NCBI GenBank assembly: GCA_038146705.1
Contig: JAYQSB010000003.1
Location: 2,968 to 66,967 of the forward strand
Direction of reading: 5' to 3'
Source of the DNA: Candidatus Poseidoniales archaeon
GTDB lineage: Archaea; Thermoplasmatota; Poseidoniia; Poseidoniales; Poseidoniaceae
Length of the DNA: 64,000 nt
Part shown: piece by piece, positions 1 to 9,246 of the stretch
Position numbering within the stretch: position 1 is the first letter of the stretch
Layout: each line of letters opens with the position of its first letter
The notes under the pieces: model-generated
What the model was told of the DNA's origin: nothing
Seen by the model: only the letters and a program-made list of their open reading frames with translations
Database searches by the model: none
Translations under genes and position numbers: made by a program

Positions 1-3000
1 GCCCCAGGTCACAATTCTGGCGGTGGTAGTTACGCAGAAGACACCGGTGCAGGTGCTGATGGTCACCTTGTTGTTGTGAATGACACACGTATCACAATCG
101 ATGATGCATATTCATTCCACCCATCAATCGGCGTCGACATGCAAGGTAACACACACATTGCTTGGATGGATGGCCGAAACTATGGATTTGAAAAGGATGT
201 GAACTACGAGACATTCTACACCAAACTCCGACTTCAAGGCGCTGGTGCATGGGACGGTGCTGAACAAGGACTGTCCACATTTGCCATCAAGAAAATTGAT
301 GACACTCCAATTTCGACGGTTGAAGGTCCAAATGGCTTAGCCCCTGGCCGAGCATACGGTGGTAACTCAGTTTTCCCTTCACTCCTCACAGACGATCAAA
401 ACAATGTCCACATCGCTTGGGTTGACTCAGGCAATGCATCAGCCGATGAGGAAATTCTCTATGTACGACTGAACTCAACTGAATTGACAGGCTCAGGCCT
501 TACCGCTCTCGACCCTTGGGAAGCAATCCCTGTGACAAGTTGGCAATCCAACAAACTTGGACCAAATTCAGGTCGTCAACCGAGCATCGGTATGCCTCCT
601 GCGTTTGCAAATGACTTAGGTAGCGGAGCACACATAGCATGGTCTGATACCAACAAGTGCAGTGACGAGAACAACAACAATCGATTCACGATTTGCTATT
701 CTCACGTTCTTACCGGACAAGTCGATGTCGACTTTGACCTCGGCGAGACCTTCTATCACGTGATCGAACCAGGCGAACAAACCATCTACAACTTGACAAT
801 GAACAACTCAACACCTGGTCCAAAAGACCTCGTTGCTGATACATACATGCTCAACATTTCAGGTGTACCGCAAAATTGGACTGCAACCTTGTACTTCTCG
901 AACAACCACACGGCCATCTTTGATGATACGCCAATTTTCCTTGAGGGCGGAGAAGATATTCGCTTCTACATGCGAGTACGAGCACCATCGATATACCAAG
1001 CCAATGGAGACGAGTTAGCGAATATCGTGGTATCGGCCAAATCGACGAAAGATCCTGCGATTCAAAACGAGTTGAATACACTGACACTGATGGATGTTGT
1101 TCACGGAATCAATCTTGATACATCACACAGTATGGTTGATGTTGAACAAGGCGATCAAGCAATATTCTCTATTACCATTACCAACACTGGAAACGTTCAC
1201 GATGCTTTCGTGTTCTGGGATCCAGCTACGCTCGAAGGCCAACAAGAGTGGCTCCTACCATTCGGATGGCAAGTTGAGTTCCCGATTCGCGTTGAACTTG
1301 ACCCTGGCCAATCTGTTGTCAAGAACTTGGTGATTAGCGTTCCAACTTCTGAAGACCCAGGAGCTTTCGTTCTCTATGTGAAAGGTTGGTCCGAAGGCGA
1401 ACCGATCAAGTCCGTCGAAAAGGGAACCTATGACGTTCTCGAATTGGGTGTTTTCGTTTCGATTCGTTCAACAGGAAACATTGTCTTTAACATCGATGAC
1501 CAAACTGAACAAGTCTTACCTGCAACGATATCAGAATTATCTCGACCAGCAAGCCAACAAAACTCATGTGCAATTTATGAAATCGATGTGACAAAGAATT
1601 TCGATTCAGGCAACCTTGTTTTCACAACACCAGGTGCCCCTGAAGAGCGCCCAGAAGGCATCGCTCTCGAAGCATGGCGACAAGAGCAATGGACAATTGA
1701 TGTTGAATTTGATGTCGACCATCCAAACCCAGAACTTGGTACACCACTCCCATGGACGATTCCAGGTGGCGAAGAATTTGTGACCAACGAAGTTCGAGTG
1801 CATGTCTGTGCTCCGATCAATGCGACCGCTGGTTTAGGTCCAGCGATTACGCTCAAAGCCCATCTTGAAGGATACCCACGAATTTCAGCCTCCAAGATTC
1901 TTTCAACATCCGTCGTTCACGTCTTTGATTTGGATGCTGGTATCGACCCAGAAGTAGGTACGAGTATCGAAGTCAATCCAGGCGAACAAATCACTCTTCC
2001 AATCTCAGTGAAGAACGATGGAAATGGACCAGATCGATTCGATTTCCGACTAGCTCGTGTTACCGACGCTTTCGGCGTTGATGTCATTTGGGACATCGAC
2101 ATTCCACGAGCATCGCTCATGGAATTGTCCGCTGGCACGTACCAAGAATTCGATGTCCTCATGAACGTTCCAAATCAAGTCAAGGCTGGCGAATACACTG
2201 TCGTTCTCCAAGCATTTTCCGAAGAACCATACCCGGATGCAAGCGGTAGGGACACTCGTCTTCGAGACACAGTTGAACTCTCGGTGACCGTCAATGAATT
2301 CCATGACATGCAAATTTCCATGGATTCAAGTGTTGACAATCCAGTCAAGACATCGGCACCAGGTAAGATTGTTTCATTCACGCTGAATGTAACCAACAAT
2401 GGTAACGTTCCTGATGTTCCAACGCTCAACAACCACACTGCAACACAGACTGGTGACGACCTCGTGTGGAACACCATGCCTGGCATGTTTACGCTCACCA
2501 ATTGGTATGTCGTTTGGAAGGTTGTCAAGCAAACCGGTATCGATGCAAGTGAAGTGCAAGACTGTGAGGTGTTTGAAGCACCACCTTCAGCATTCCCAGA
2601 AGATAGTTGTGTCTATCTTGCATACAACGAAGAATACCGACTACCAGAAATGGCGCCATACGAAACCATCACTGTGGTCGCGGAAGTTCACATTGCACCA
2701 ACAGCGGCTTTGAGCACCAAGAATATTGGTTTGAAGGTTGCATCGATGTATGGAGATATGGAGAATGATGGTGATCATGACGATTCTCCAAGTTGGGATG
2801 GCGAAAACCTCGATTCAAACGAATTCATCGTCACACTACGACTACGTGCTCCTAACCTCATCGTGAGAGAAGTTCGTGTGGCCGACACATCGGGTGAAGT
2901 CGACTCGACGTTGCCGATTGGTATCACACTGGTCAACAACGGAAACGTCCATGCAACCGACATCGAAATCGTTCTTTGTGAATACGATAACGAAAACGAT

Positions 3001-3429
3001 GCTGATATCATCCGTGAAATCAAGAAGAACGGCTGTGAAGAAGAGCGCGTCGTCATGCGACAAGTTGTGGGAGCACTGCTTGCACCTGATGCATCTGAAG
3101 ACGAAAAAGAAGTTGAACTCTACCTCCTGTATCCAATTACGGCTGGAAGTAAGGGCGTATATGTCGTCGTCGACCCACAGAACCTCATTGTTGAATCGGA
3201 CGAAGGCGATAACGTCGTTGCTATCAATCAACCACTCGAATCATCGAGTCCGTTCCTTGATGTTGCTTCGGAAGTTGTGTCCAAGACCGCTCTACCATTC
3301 GTGGTGATCGTTCTGACACTTGCTCTCCTCGGCGTTGTCTATCTTGTTGGCCGAAGTCGACGAGATGAGGTCAACAAGCGTATTGCTGAACAATCGTCGT
3401 TGATTTCTGTCCTCAGCGACGAACTCTGA
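1..3429 (+). CDS. Large cell-surface protein, 5' end outside the window; N-terminal repeated HIAW-D blades, multiple CARDB/Ig-like modules, C-terminal TM anchor
   Basis: The reading frame is open from nt 1, so the GTG at 76 is only the first start-like codon. Repeats GNTHIAWMDGRN, NNVHIAWVDSGN and GAHIAWSDTNK are present. There are four or more modules with ITITNTGNVHDAF, SVKNDGNGPDRF, LNVTNNGNVPDVP and ITLVNNGNVHATD. The C-terminal hydrophobic helix ALPFVVIVLTLALLGVVYLVG is followed by RSRRD. Confidence 0.7.
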   Translation, partial: APGHNSGGGSYAEDTGAGADGHLVVVNDTRITIDDAYSFHPSIGVDMQGNTHIAWMDGRNYGFEKDVNYETFYTKLRLQGAGAWDGAEQGLSTFAIKKIDDTPISTVEGPNGLAPGRAYGGNSVFPSLLTDDQNNVHIAWVDSGNASADEEILYVRLNSTELTGSGLTALDPWEAIPVTSWQSNKLGPNSGRQPSIGMPPAFANDLGSGAHIAWSDTNKCSDENNNNRFTICYSHVLTGQVDVDFDLGETFYHVIEPGEQTIYNLTMNNSTPGPKDLVADTYMLNISGVPQNWTATLYFSNNHTAIFDDTPIFLEGGEDIRFYMRVRAPSIYQANGDELANIVVSAKSTKDPAIQNELNTLTLMDVVHGINLDTSHSMVDVEQGDQAIFSITITNTGNVHDAFVFWDPATLEGQQEWLLPFGWQVEFPIRVELDPGQSVVKNLVISVPTSEDPGAFVLYVKGWSEGEPIKSVEKGTYDVLELGVFVSIRSTGNIVFNIDDQTEQVLPATISELSRPASQQNSCAIYEIDVTKNFDSGNLVFTTPGAPEERPEGIALEAWRQEQWTIDVEFDVDHPNPELGTPLPWTIPGGEEFVTNEVRVHVCAPINATAGLGPAITLKAHLEGYPRISASKILSTSVVHVFDLDAGIDPEVGTSIEVNPGEQITLPISVKNDGNGPDRFDFRLARVTDAFGVDVIWDIDIPRASLMELSAGTYQEFDVLMNVPNQVKAGEYTVVLQAFSEEPYPDASGRDTRLRDTVELSVTVNEFHDMQISMDSSVDNPVKTSAPGKIVSFTLNVTNNGNVPDVPTLNNHTATQTGDDLVWNTMPGMFTLTNWYVVWKVVKQTGIDASEVQDCEVFEAPPSAFPEDSCVYLAYNEEYRLPEMAPYETITVVAEVHIAPTAALSTKNIGLKVASMYGDMENDGDHDDSPSWDGENLDSNEFIVTLRLRAPNLIVREVRVADTSGEVDSTLPIGITLVNNGNVHATDIEIVLCEYDNENDADIIREIKKNGCEEERVVMRQVVGALLAPDASEDEKEVELYLLYPITAGSKGVYVVVDPQNLIVESDEGDNVVAINQPLESSSPFLDVASEVVSKTALPFVVIVLTLALLGVVYLVGRSRRDEVNKRIAEQSSLISVLSDEL

Positions 3430-3460
3430 TTATCGATTATACCTCGAATGAGGTTTTGAC

Positions 3461-4573
3461 ATGGCGAATACAGATTATTATCAAGGCTTCACAAAATCAA
3501 TGGTCAAGAAATTGACAAAAACAAGAGAAGCCCGTCAGGGAGATCCGTTGTACAAACGAAGAAATTCCCGGACTTCTAGAGTGCTAATTCAATATGAGAT
3601 GTTCAAGAATCTTGAAACTGATCATTTAAACAAATACAAAAAAGGATATGTTGTTGTTCTCACCCCAAAAGAATACTTTGAATCTAAAGATACACCTAAA
3701 ACTGATCTGGATTCCAGAATAGAATTGGGAAAGAATGCCATTGTCTATTACCAATTAGATGATGAGGATTGGGACAACCTCCCTATTCAAAATGATTGGA
3801 TCCAGGTTGTAGAAAAATCAAGTGCAAAAGGAGATTGGTCGGGCCATTTTGCAGTCAATATTACAAATGCGACACCGAAGAAGAAATCATTTATTGTTCG
3901 AAAAGATGAAACTAAAGATCACAATAGCTTCAAATGGATGAAGAGAAAAGTGAAAAATTTGAAACGGAGAGTTGACAATGGGCTTGGAGGAAAAGGCTTA
4001 GGGAATTATGATTTTGACTATTGTGATGAAGATACCCTTGAAAAAACATTATTTCAATTAGCATATTATTTCTGGAATATGAAGGGTATTAATGATGTTT
4101 TAGTTAAGGAATATGACAACGGTATTGGGTTTGGGCAAAATGGTCAAATAGATAAGAATAACATGACAAAACCTAAGTTCAAAACATGGTTGAAAGAATC
4201 CAAAGAGGCAGTGGAAAAATATGTACAAAAACATAACCTTGACGATAAGAAAAAATTAGAAGAAAGTAGAATTTTTAGAAATGGAAAAGTCGTTTGTCCT
4301 CTATGCTTACAACCGATGAAGGCGGAAGATTTGACATCGGTTATTGAACAAGACCTTGGGCGCACCAGTGCAGGACAAACAATTACCTCTATTGTTTTAA
4401 TGCACATCAATCCACTGAGGCCAGGAGAATTTAATCATAGACCATTCAACTTAGGTTGGGGACATAAGTGGTGCAATACGATTCAAGAGAATTTACAGAT
4501 TGATGAAACCCTAAGTGAATTGGCTAAAATTTTGAAGTCAAACGATTGGAATGTTAAAGAACCCAAGAAATAA
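3461..4573 (+). CDS. HNH / His-Me finger endonuclease-like protein, candidate restriction endonuclease; N-terminal ~275 aa unassigned
   Basis: The C-terminus reads CPLC, then about 30 aa, then LMHINPLRPGEFNHRPFNLGWGHKWCN. This matches the HNH pattern CxxC...(D/E)HIxP...N...NLxx..HxxC. A GAGGT Shine-Dalgarno-like sequence lies 8 nt upstream of the ATG. The gene is AT-rich and convergent with a methyltransferase gene. Confidence 0.55.
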   Translation: MANTDYYQGFTKSMVKKLTKTREARQGDPLYKRRNSRTSRVLIQYEMFKNLETDHLNKYKKGYVVVLTPKEYFESKDTPKTDLDSRIELGKNAIVYYQLDDEDWDNLPIQNDWIQVVEKSSAKGDWSGHFAVNITNATPKKKSFIVRKDETKDHNSFKWMKRKVKNLKRRVDNGLGGKGLGNYDFDYCDEDTLEKTLFQLAYYFWNMKGINDVLVKEYDNGIGFGQNGQIDKNNMTKPKFKTWLKESKEAVEKYVQKHNLDDKKKLEESRIFRNGKVVCPLCLQPMKAEDLTSVIEQDLGRTSAGQTITSIVLMHINPLRPGEFNHRPFNLGWGHKWCNTIQENLQIDETLSELAKILKSNDWNVKEPKK

Positions 4574-4592
4574 TTAGAGTGGAATTTTCATT

Positions 4593-7280
4593 CTAGAATA
4601 ATTTTTGCTGATGTGTCCCGTTGTCATTCAACGTTGATGCAATCGGTTCTGAGAAGCTATCTATCCTTCCCGCCCGTCGTTTTGATAATTCAAAATAATT
4701 CACATCCATTTCGATACCGATACCTTTCCTGCCCATGTTCCTAGCAACAATAGCTGTGGTTCCCGAACCTGAAAACGGGTCAAGGACAATTTCACCTTTG
4801 TTCGTGAAATAGGAAATAGAGAGTTGAGGTATATCCTCTGGAAATGGAGCAGTGTGACCAAATCGATTGACGCCCTTGCTGTCAATTTTGATGACGGGTG
4901 AGAACGATTTGATGTTCGAATCAAGGAGGTTTTCTTCTTGATTCTCGTTTCGCCGTAATTCACCTGGTTTTTTGAAGACGAACATGTGCTCATAACAATT
5001 TGCAGGGCGTTGATAATACGGCGTAAATTTTCCATCGTTTTTATGCCGATTGCTTTGAGTCTCACCTTTGTCCCAAATGATGTTGTCGAGGATTTCAAAT
5101 CCGCAATGTAAGAAAAGCAAAATGGTGTATGCACCGAGAGGTATTCTCTTCTCTCCCATTTTTGAATTCACTATAATTTCTTCATTTCCATACGTGTCCC
5201 CAATATTGTAGAAGAACACGCCACCGTCCTTCAATACTCTGAAACATTGTTCATTGATGAGAAGCATATCTCGAAGGTACATGTACAAATTAGGCCACTG
5301 AGAGTATTCTCTCGCATTGAAATATGGTGGTGAAGTAACTTCATGATCGATTGATTGTTCAGCCATCCCTGCCATGATTTCTGCACAATGTCCATGAAGG
5401 AACATATCCGATGTCGCTGTGTCGAGCATTGGTGATGCCGTTCTTCGTTGCTTTTTTGGTTGACCACAAAATCCATGAGGAAAAATACGAGTCATAAAGT
5501 CAGATTCACAAAAATTACTCCAAGAAGTTGACATGCCCTTGTCTACATTTCTCGGCATTTGGAATTGTTCGAGCGCTTCTTCTGGTTGCAAATGCAAGAA
5601 ATTTCGCTTCAGGTCTTCACACGTTCTCTCAAACACAGCAGTAGAATTCGATTGCACAACGAGAATTTTATCATCTTCGTATGTGTAATAATTTACGAGC
5701 ATTCTTGTGAGATCAAATTCATCAAGTATATTGACAACATCTTTCCTGAACTTTTGTGTTAACTCTCTTGGAATGACATTATTTGGGTTTGAACCCAACA
5801 GCGAATCTTGCATCATATTCGACTTTCTTGAATATCGTTTACCCCGATTTGTTTTACTACGTGAGCCACATAAGTTATTCTTGCACTCCCAACTTCGTAT
5901 ACCGATTTCAGGAAATGAATTCCCAGAAATTTCGAGACTTCCACATTCAGGACAAGGTATTTTTCTATCTTCAAAATCGTTTTTGAAGAAGGTCACAAGT
6001 AAATCGTATTCATTGACCACATCTGTGATTCCTGGTCGTTCGCTGGGTTCTTTTTTCAGAATGAAACAATCTTGAAATGAAAACCCGATATCAATGTTTT
6101 TGAACGTCAGGATTTCCTTTTTCATCTTGTTCTTTAGAACTTCTGATGTAGCGACGACATCTTTGAATTTCATTTTTCCTTTGAGAAAGAGATTGATGTT
6201 TTTCTCATCTTCATCGGTCAACTCGATGTTGTGGTTGTACTCTATCATTTGACGAGCAATTTTTCCACCATTGTAGTAGTGCCTTTCCTCTCTATAATGG
6301 CGAAATTTCTCGCAAAAAACGAGAATTTTTGCATACAGTTCCCATTTTATGTTTTGATTGTTTACCACCACATCCGAAATTTTGATGGTCAATGTTTTGT
6401 GATTTTCAATTGAGGCGTACATCGAAGCAATTATGTTCGTTATTTCATCAATAGCCTCATCCTTCTTTTGATATGGTTTGAAAAATGATTGATCGATATC
6501 CAAATGAATGAGGCCATACGTTTCCGCTTCATTTGGAAAACAAACGGAATCATAATGTTGGGTAAATGACAAAATTGCATTTTCTCGGGACACCATCCCT
6601 TTATCATGACACAATTTTTTCAATTGTTTTTGCTCAGCCTTCGATAAATCTTTTTTGAGGAACTTCGTATTGCTCTTAAATATTTGATGGCACGACCTCT
6701 CTGCATGTTCATTCCAAGCAACCAATCTTGAAAATAGAAAGTTGACATAATCAAACACTCTTTTTGTCTTTCCATCTTTGATGGCTTCTTCCAACTTTTG
6801 TTTGAATTCCTCGACAGCGTCTTGACTTGTCTTGTGTTTCCCAATATATGTCTTCAACGAGAAGCCATTTGTCAATTTATTTGTGCCAACAGCATGAATC
6901 CTGTCTTGTAAATGTGCTTCAATGCGACGAAAATCATCTTCTAAATTGTAATCAAGAACTCGCCTAAGGCGGTCTTTCTCATACCTGCCAAGTCGGATGT
7001 CTCCAGCTTGTTCAATACTTTTGACGACTTTTTCCAAACGTTTTCTGTTGCCTACAAAGGCATCGGTAATGATGCACTCAACAATATTTTCTTGCAATTC
7101 CTTGGGCTTTTCATCAAGCTCCGGAAGTTCAATCGTTGATAGTTCCAATTTGACATGTATTCTTTCTAGAAATTGCTTAATCCAAAGCACAGATTCTTGT
7201 GCAATGAATTGCATATCAACGAACCGCCACCGACTGCGAATAAACTTTTCATCAACAATCCATAGGTTTCTGTGAACCAT
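4593..7280 (-). CDS. Beta-class N4/N6 DNA methyltransferase (PF01555-like) with ~600-aa uncharacterised N-terminal extension containing a zinc ribbon
   Basis: The C-terminal ~280 aa carry motif IV DHEVTSPPYFNAREY followed by motif I VLDPFSGSGTTAIVA, the beta-class order. The extension contains CPECGS...WECKNNLCG, with the CPEC codons at about 5943-5954. The ATG at 7278-7280 overlaps the xthA stop. Confidence 0.75.
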   Translation of the reverse strand: MVHRNLWIVDEKFIRSRWRFVDMQFIAQESVLWIKQFLERIHVKLELSTIELPELDEKPKELQENIVECIITDAFVGNRKRLEKVVKSIEQAGDIRLGRYEKDRLRRVLDYNLEDDFRRIEAHLQDRIHAVGTNKLTNGFSLKTYIGKHKTSQDAVEEFKQKLEEAIKDGKTKRVFDYVNFLFSRLVAWNEHAERSCHQIFKSNTKFLKKDLSKAEQKQLKKLCHDKGMVSRENAILSFTQHYDSVCFPNEAETYGLIHLDIDQSFFKPYQKKDEAIDEITNIIASMYASIENHKTLTIKISDVVVNNQNIKWELYAKILVFCEKFRHYREERHYYNGGKIARQMIEYNHNIELTDEDEKNINLFLKGKMKFKDVVATSEVLKNKMKKEILTFKNIDIGFSFQDCFILKKEPSERPGITDVVNEYDLLVTFFKNDFEDRKIPCPECGSLEISGNSFPEIGIRSWECKNNLCGSRSKTNRGKRYSRKSNMMQDSLLGSNPNNVIPRELTQKFRKDVVNILDEFDLTRMLVNYYTYEDDKILVVQSNSTAVFERTCEDLKRNFLHLQPEEALEQFQMPRNVDKGMSTSWSNFCESDFMTRIFPHGFCGQPKKQRRTASPMLDTATSDMFLHGHCAEIMAGMAEQSIDHEVTSPPYFNAREYSQWPNLYMYLRDMLLINEQCFRVLKDGGVFFYNIGDTYGNEEIIVNSKMGEKRIPLGAYTILLFLHCGFEILDNIIWDKGETQSNRHKNDGKFTPYYQRPANCYEHMFVFKKPGELRRNENQEENLLDSNIKSFSPVIKIDSKGVNRFGHTAPFPEDIPQLSISYFTNKGEIVLDPFSGSGTTAIVARNMGRKGIGIEMDVNYFELSKRRAGRIDSFSEPIASTLNDNGTHQQKLF

Positions 7281-8062
7281 TATTCAAGAGAAAAATCGGC
7301 GACAACTGGTGCATGGTCTGAAACGTCTAATCCACCCTGCCTTACAATGTTGCACGACGTTATGGCAGGGATGTTGTTTGGATTTATCAGGATGTAATCA
7401 ATCCGCCATCCCCTGTTTTTTGCTCGTGCTTGGCCTCTGTTGGACCACCAAGAGTATTCTTGATGTCCTTCGCCATGCATATGCCGAAACACATCACACC
7501 ATCCATCGCTAAGCAGTTTCGTCATCCATTGTCGTTCATGTGGAAGGAATCCCGATGTCTTTGCGTTTGCTTTGGGGTTCCAAATATCGTCTTCTGTATG
7601 AGCAATATTCAGATCACCAACGACAAAAACAGGTTTTTCATGCTGGAGGTAGGGTTGTAGAAATGAACGCCAATCCTCCATCCATTGCTCTTTATACACT
7701 TGGCGCTCTTGTTTACTTGAACCACTTGGTAGATAGGTGTTAATACAGATGCAAGACTCATGCTCAGTGACAAGGACTCTCCCCTCACTATCTGTTGGGT
7801 CGAGGGGAGAATTCATACCGGTTTGCAGAATACTGAATGGTTGTTTTGATAATGTTGCAACACCGGAATAGCCTTTTTTTTCAGCGGGGTGCAAATGGAC
7901 ATGATAACCACTTGGCCATGACCAGTTTGCCGGTAACTGTTCATCTAAGGTTCTCGTTTCTTGCAAGAGGATGATGTCGGCATCGAACGATGAAAAGTAT
8001 TGGTCAATGCCTTTTCGAATCGCCGCCCTTAATCCATTGACATTCCATGTTACAACCCGCAT
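7280..8062 (-). CDS. xthA: Exodeoxyribonuclease III / AP endonuclease
   Basis: VVTWNVNGLRA, LLQETR, VGDLNIAH and SDHAPV are hallmarks of the ExoIII/EEP family. Confidence 0.9.
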   Translation of the reverse strand: MRVVTWNVNGLRAAIRKGIDQYFSSFDADIILLQETRTLDEQLPANWSWPSGYHVHLHPAEKKGYSGVATLSKQPFSILQTGMNSPLDPTDSEGRVLVTEHESCICINTYLPSGSSKQERQVYKEQWMEDWRSFLQPYLQHEKPVFVVGDLNIAHTEDDIWNPKANAKTSGFLPHERQWMTKLLSDGWCDVFRHMHGEGHQEYSWWSNRGQARAKNRGWRIDYILINPNNIPAITSCNIVRQGGLDVSDHAPVVADFSLE

Positions 8063-8094
8063 ACTCCGTGGAATTCAAGGAGGGGGATAAATGT

Positions 8095-9174
8095 TCAAGA
8101 GCGTAGTTTTGAAGCAACAATTTTGCCCGATTGGACCGCCGCATCAGCAAGCAGATACTCGGAAGAGAGCCAGTCTCCGGCAAGATACAAACCGTGTTCT
8201 GCAAACATGTCCTCTGAATTTTCACTTCTCATCCAGATCGGAATTTTTGCTTGCTCACGGACATTGACAATGTGTTGACGCCAACCGGCCAATCTCTCAT
8301 CAAGAAATGTAGAGAGAATCTCGAGCCCATTTTCATTTGGTGAAGAAATTAACTTTGCAGCAGATAAGATCGAGCCAGGATGAACCATCCGCGGCTGTAT
8401 TCGTGACAAATGGTAAACGAATTGTTGTTGTTCTGCATCGATGATGCAATGATAGTTCCCCATCGGATTTGACGATAACGCTACATCAATCGTTGAAGCA
8501 TACTGTTGTTGTATCGGTTGTAAGTCTCCGATACCGAGGGGTTTGAGTAATTTTTTTGTTGACTTGGGGCCACATGCCAAAACAACAGCATCCGCATCCA
8601 CTCTTCGTTTATCGACAAGTTGAACGCCAGTCTCATCAATTGAATTGACCTTGCAATTTGTCTCGACATACACACCGATTTCGTCCAAGGCACTGGCAAA
8701 GCGTCCGATGATGCCTGCCCAGCCTTCTGCAGTGACCATTGCATTGTGTTTGGCAAATCCTTTGATTCTCTCAGATGAAGAACGAAGATTCATCCCATAT
8801 GTAGCAAGAAGATTGAGGCAACGCACGCCATAACTTGAATCGTCCATTGTACGAATTGCACGTCGAAATTCCGCAATCCCTGCGTACGATTGAGGGCGTA
8901 AGAAACCATTTGTGGTGATGATGTGCTCAATTCGCAATGGTTGCATATGCAACCTCACTCGACTCAACTTCTTTGTCAAACGATGCATGGGTCCATTTTT
9001 CAATAGGAGATGTGGGCCAAATCCAAAGGAAATTCGGCCGACTTGTTCCGAAGTTCCACGGCCACCGATACGGTCTTTCGATTCTAAAAGAACCACATGA
9101 TGATTCTCAGCGGACAGGTGAAGAGCAGCGGATAAACCACTCAAGCCCGAACCTATCACAACGATTTTGGCCAT
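8095..9174 (-). CDS. FAD/NAD(P)-binding oxidoreductase (amine oxidase / phytoene desaturase-like)
   Basis: After re-picking the start at M40 there is an N-terminal Rossmann motif, KIVVIGSGLSGLSAA...LLESKDRIGGR. A C-terminal LYLAGDW is present. The longer ORF-track start would overlap nadC. Confidence 0.6.
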   Translation of the reverse strand: MAKIVVIGSGLSGLSAALHLSAENHHVVLLESKDRIGGRGTSEQVGRISFGFGPHLLLKNGPMHRLTKKLSRVRLHMQPLRIEHIITTNGFLRPQSYAGIAEFRRAIRTMDDSSYGVRCLNLLATYGMNLRSSSERIKGFAKHNAMVTAEGWAGIIGRFASALDEIGVYVETNCKVNSIDETGVQLVDKRRVDADAVVLACGPKSTKKLLKPLGIGDLQPIQQQYASTIDVALSSNPMGNYHCIIDAEQQQFVYHLSRIQPRMVHPGSILSAAKLISSPNENGLEILSTFLDERLAGWRQHIVNVREQAKIPIWMRSENSEDMFAEHGLYLAGDWLSSEYLLADAAVQSGKIVASKLRS

Positions 9175-9246
9175 AAAACATGCTTGATGAACCATTTGAA
9201 AACATTGTTGTATTAGGAAAATGTACTCTGTACATAGGAGGCTATT

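Larger units (their letters stand above)
3430..7280. other. Low-GC two-gene island, candidate horizontally acquired restriction-modification-like or defence module
   Basis: Hand counts of 60-80-nt samples give about 30-39% G+C inside (3461-3540, 5701-5760, 6181-6240). Flanking genes give about 47-52% (2041-2100, 7741-7800). No integrase, tRNA or obvious terminal repeats were seen. Confidence 0.5.
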
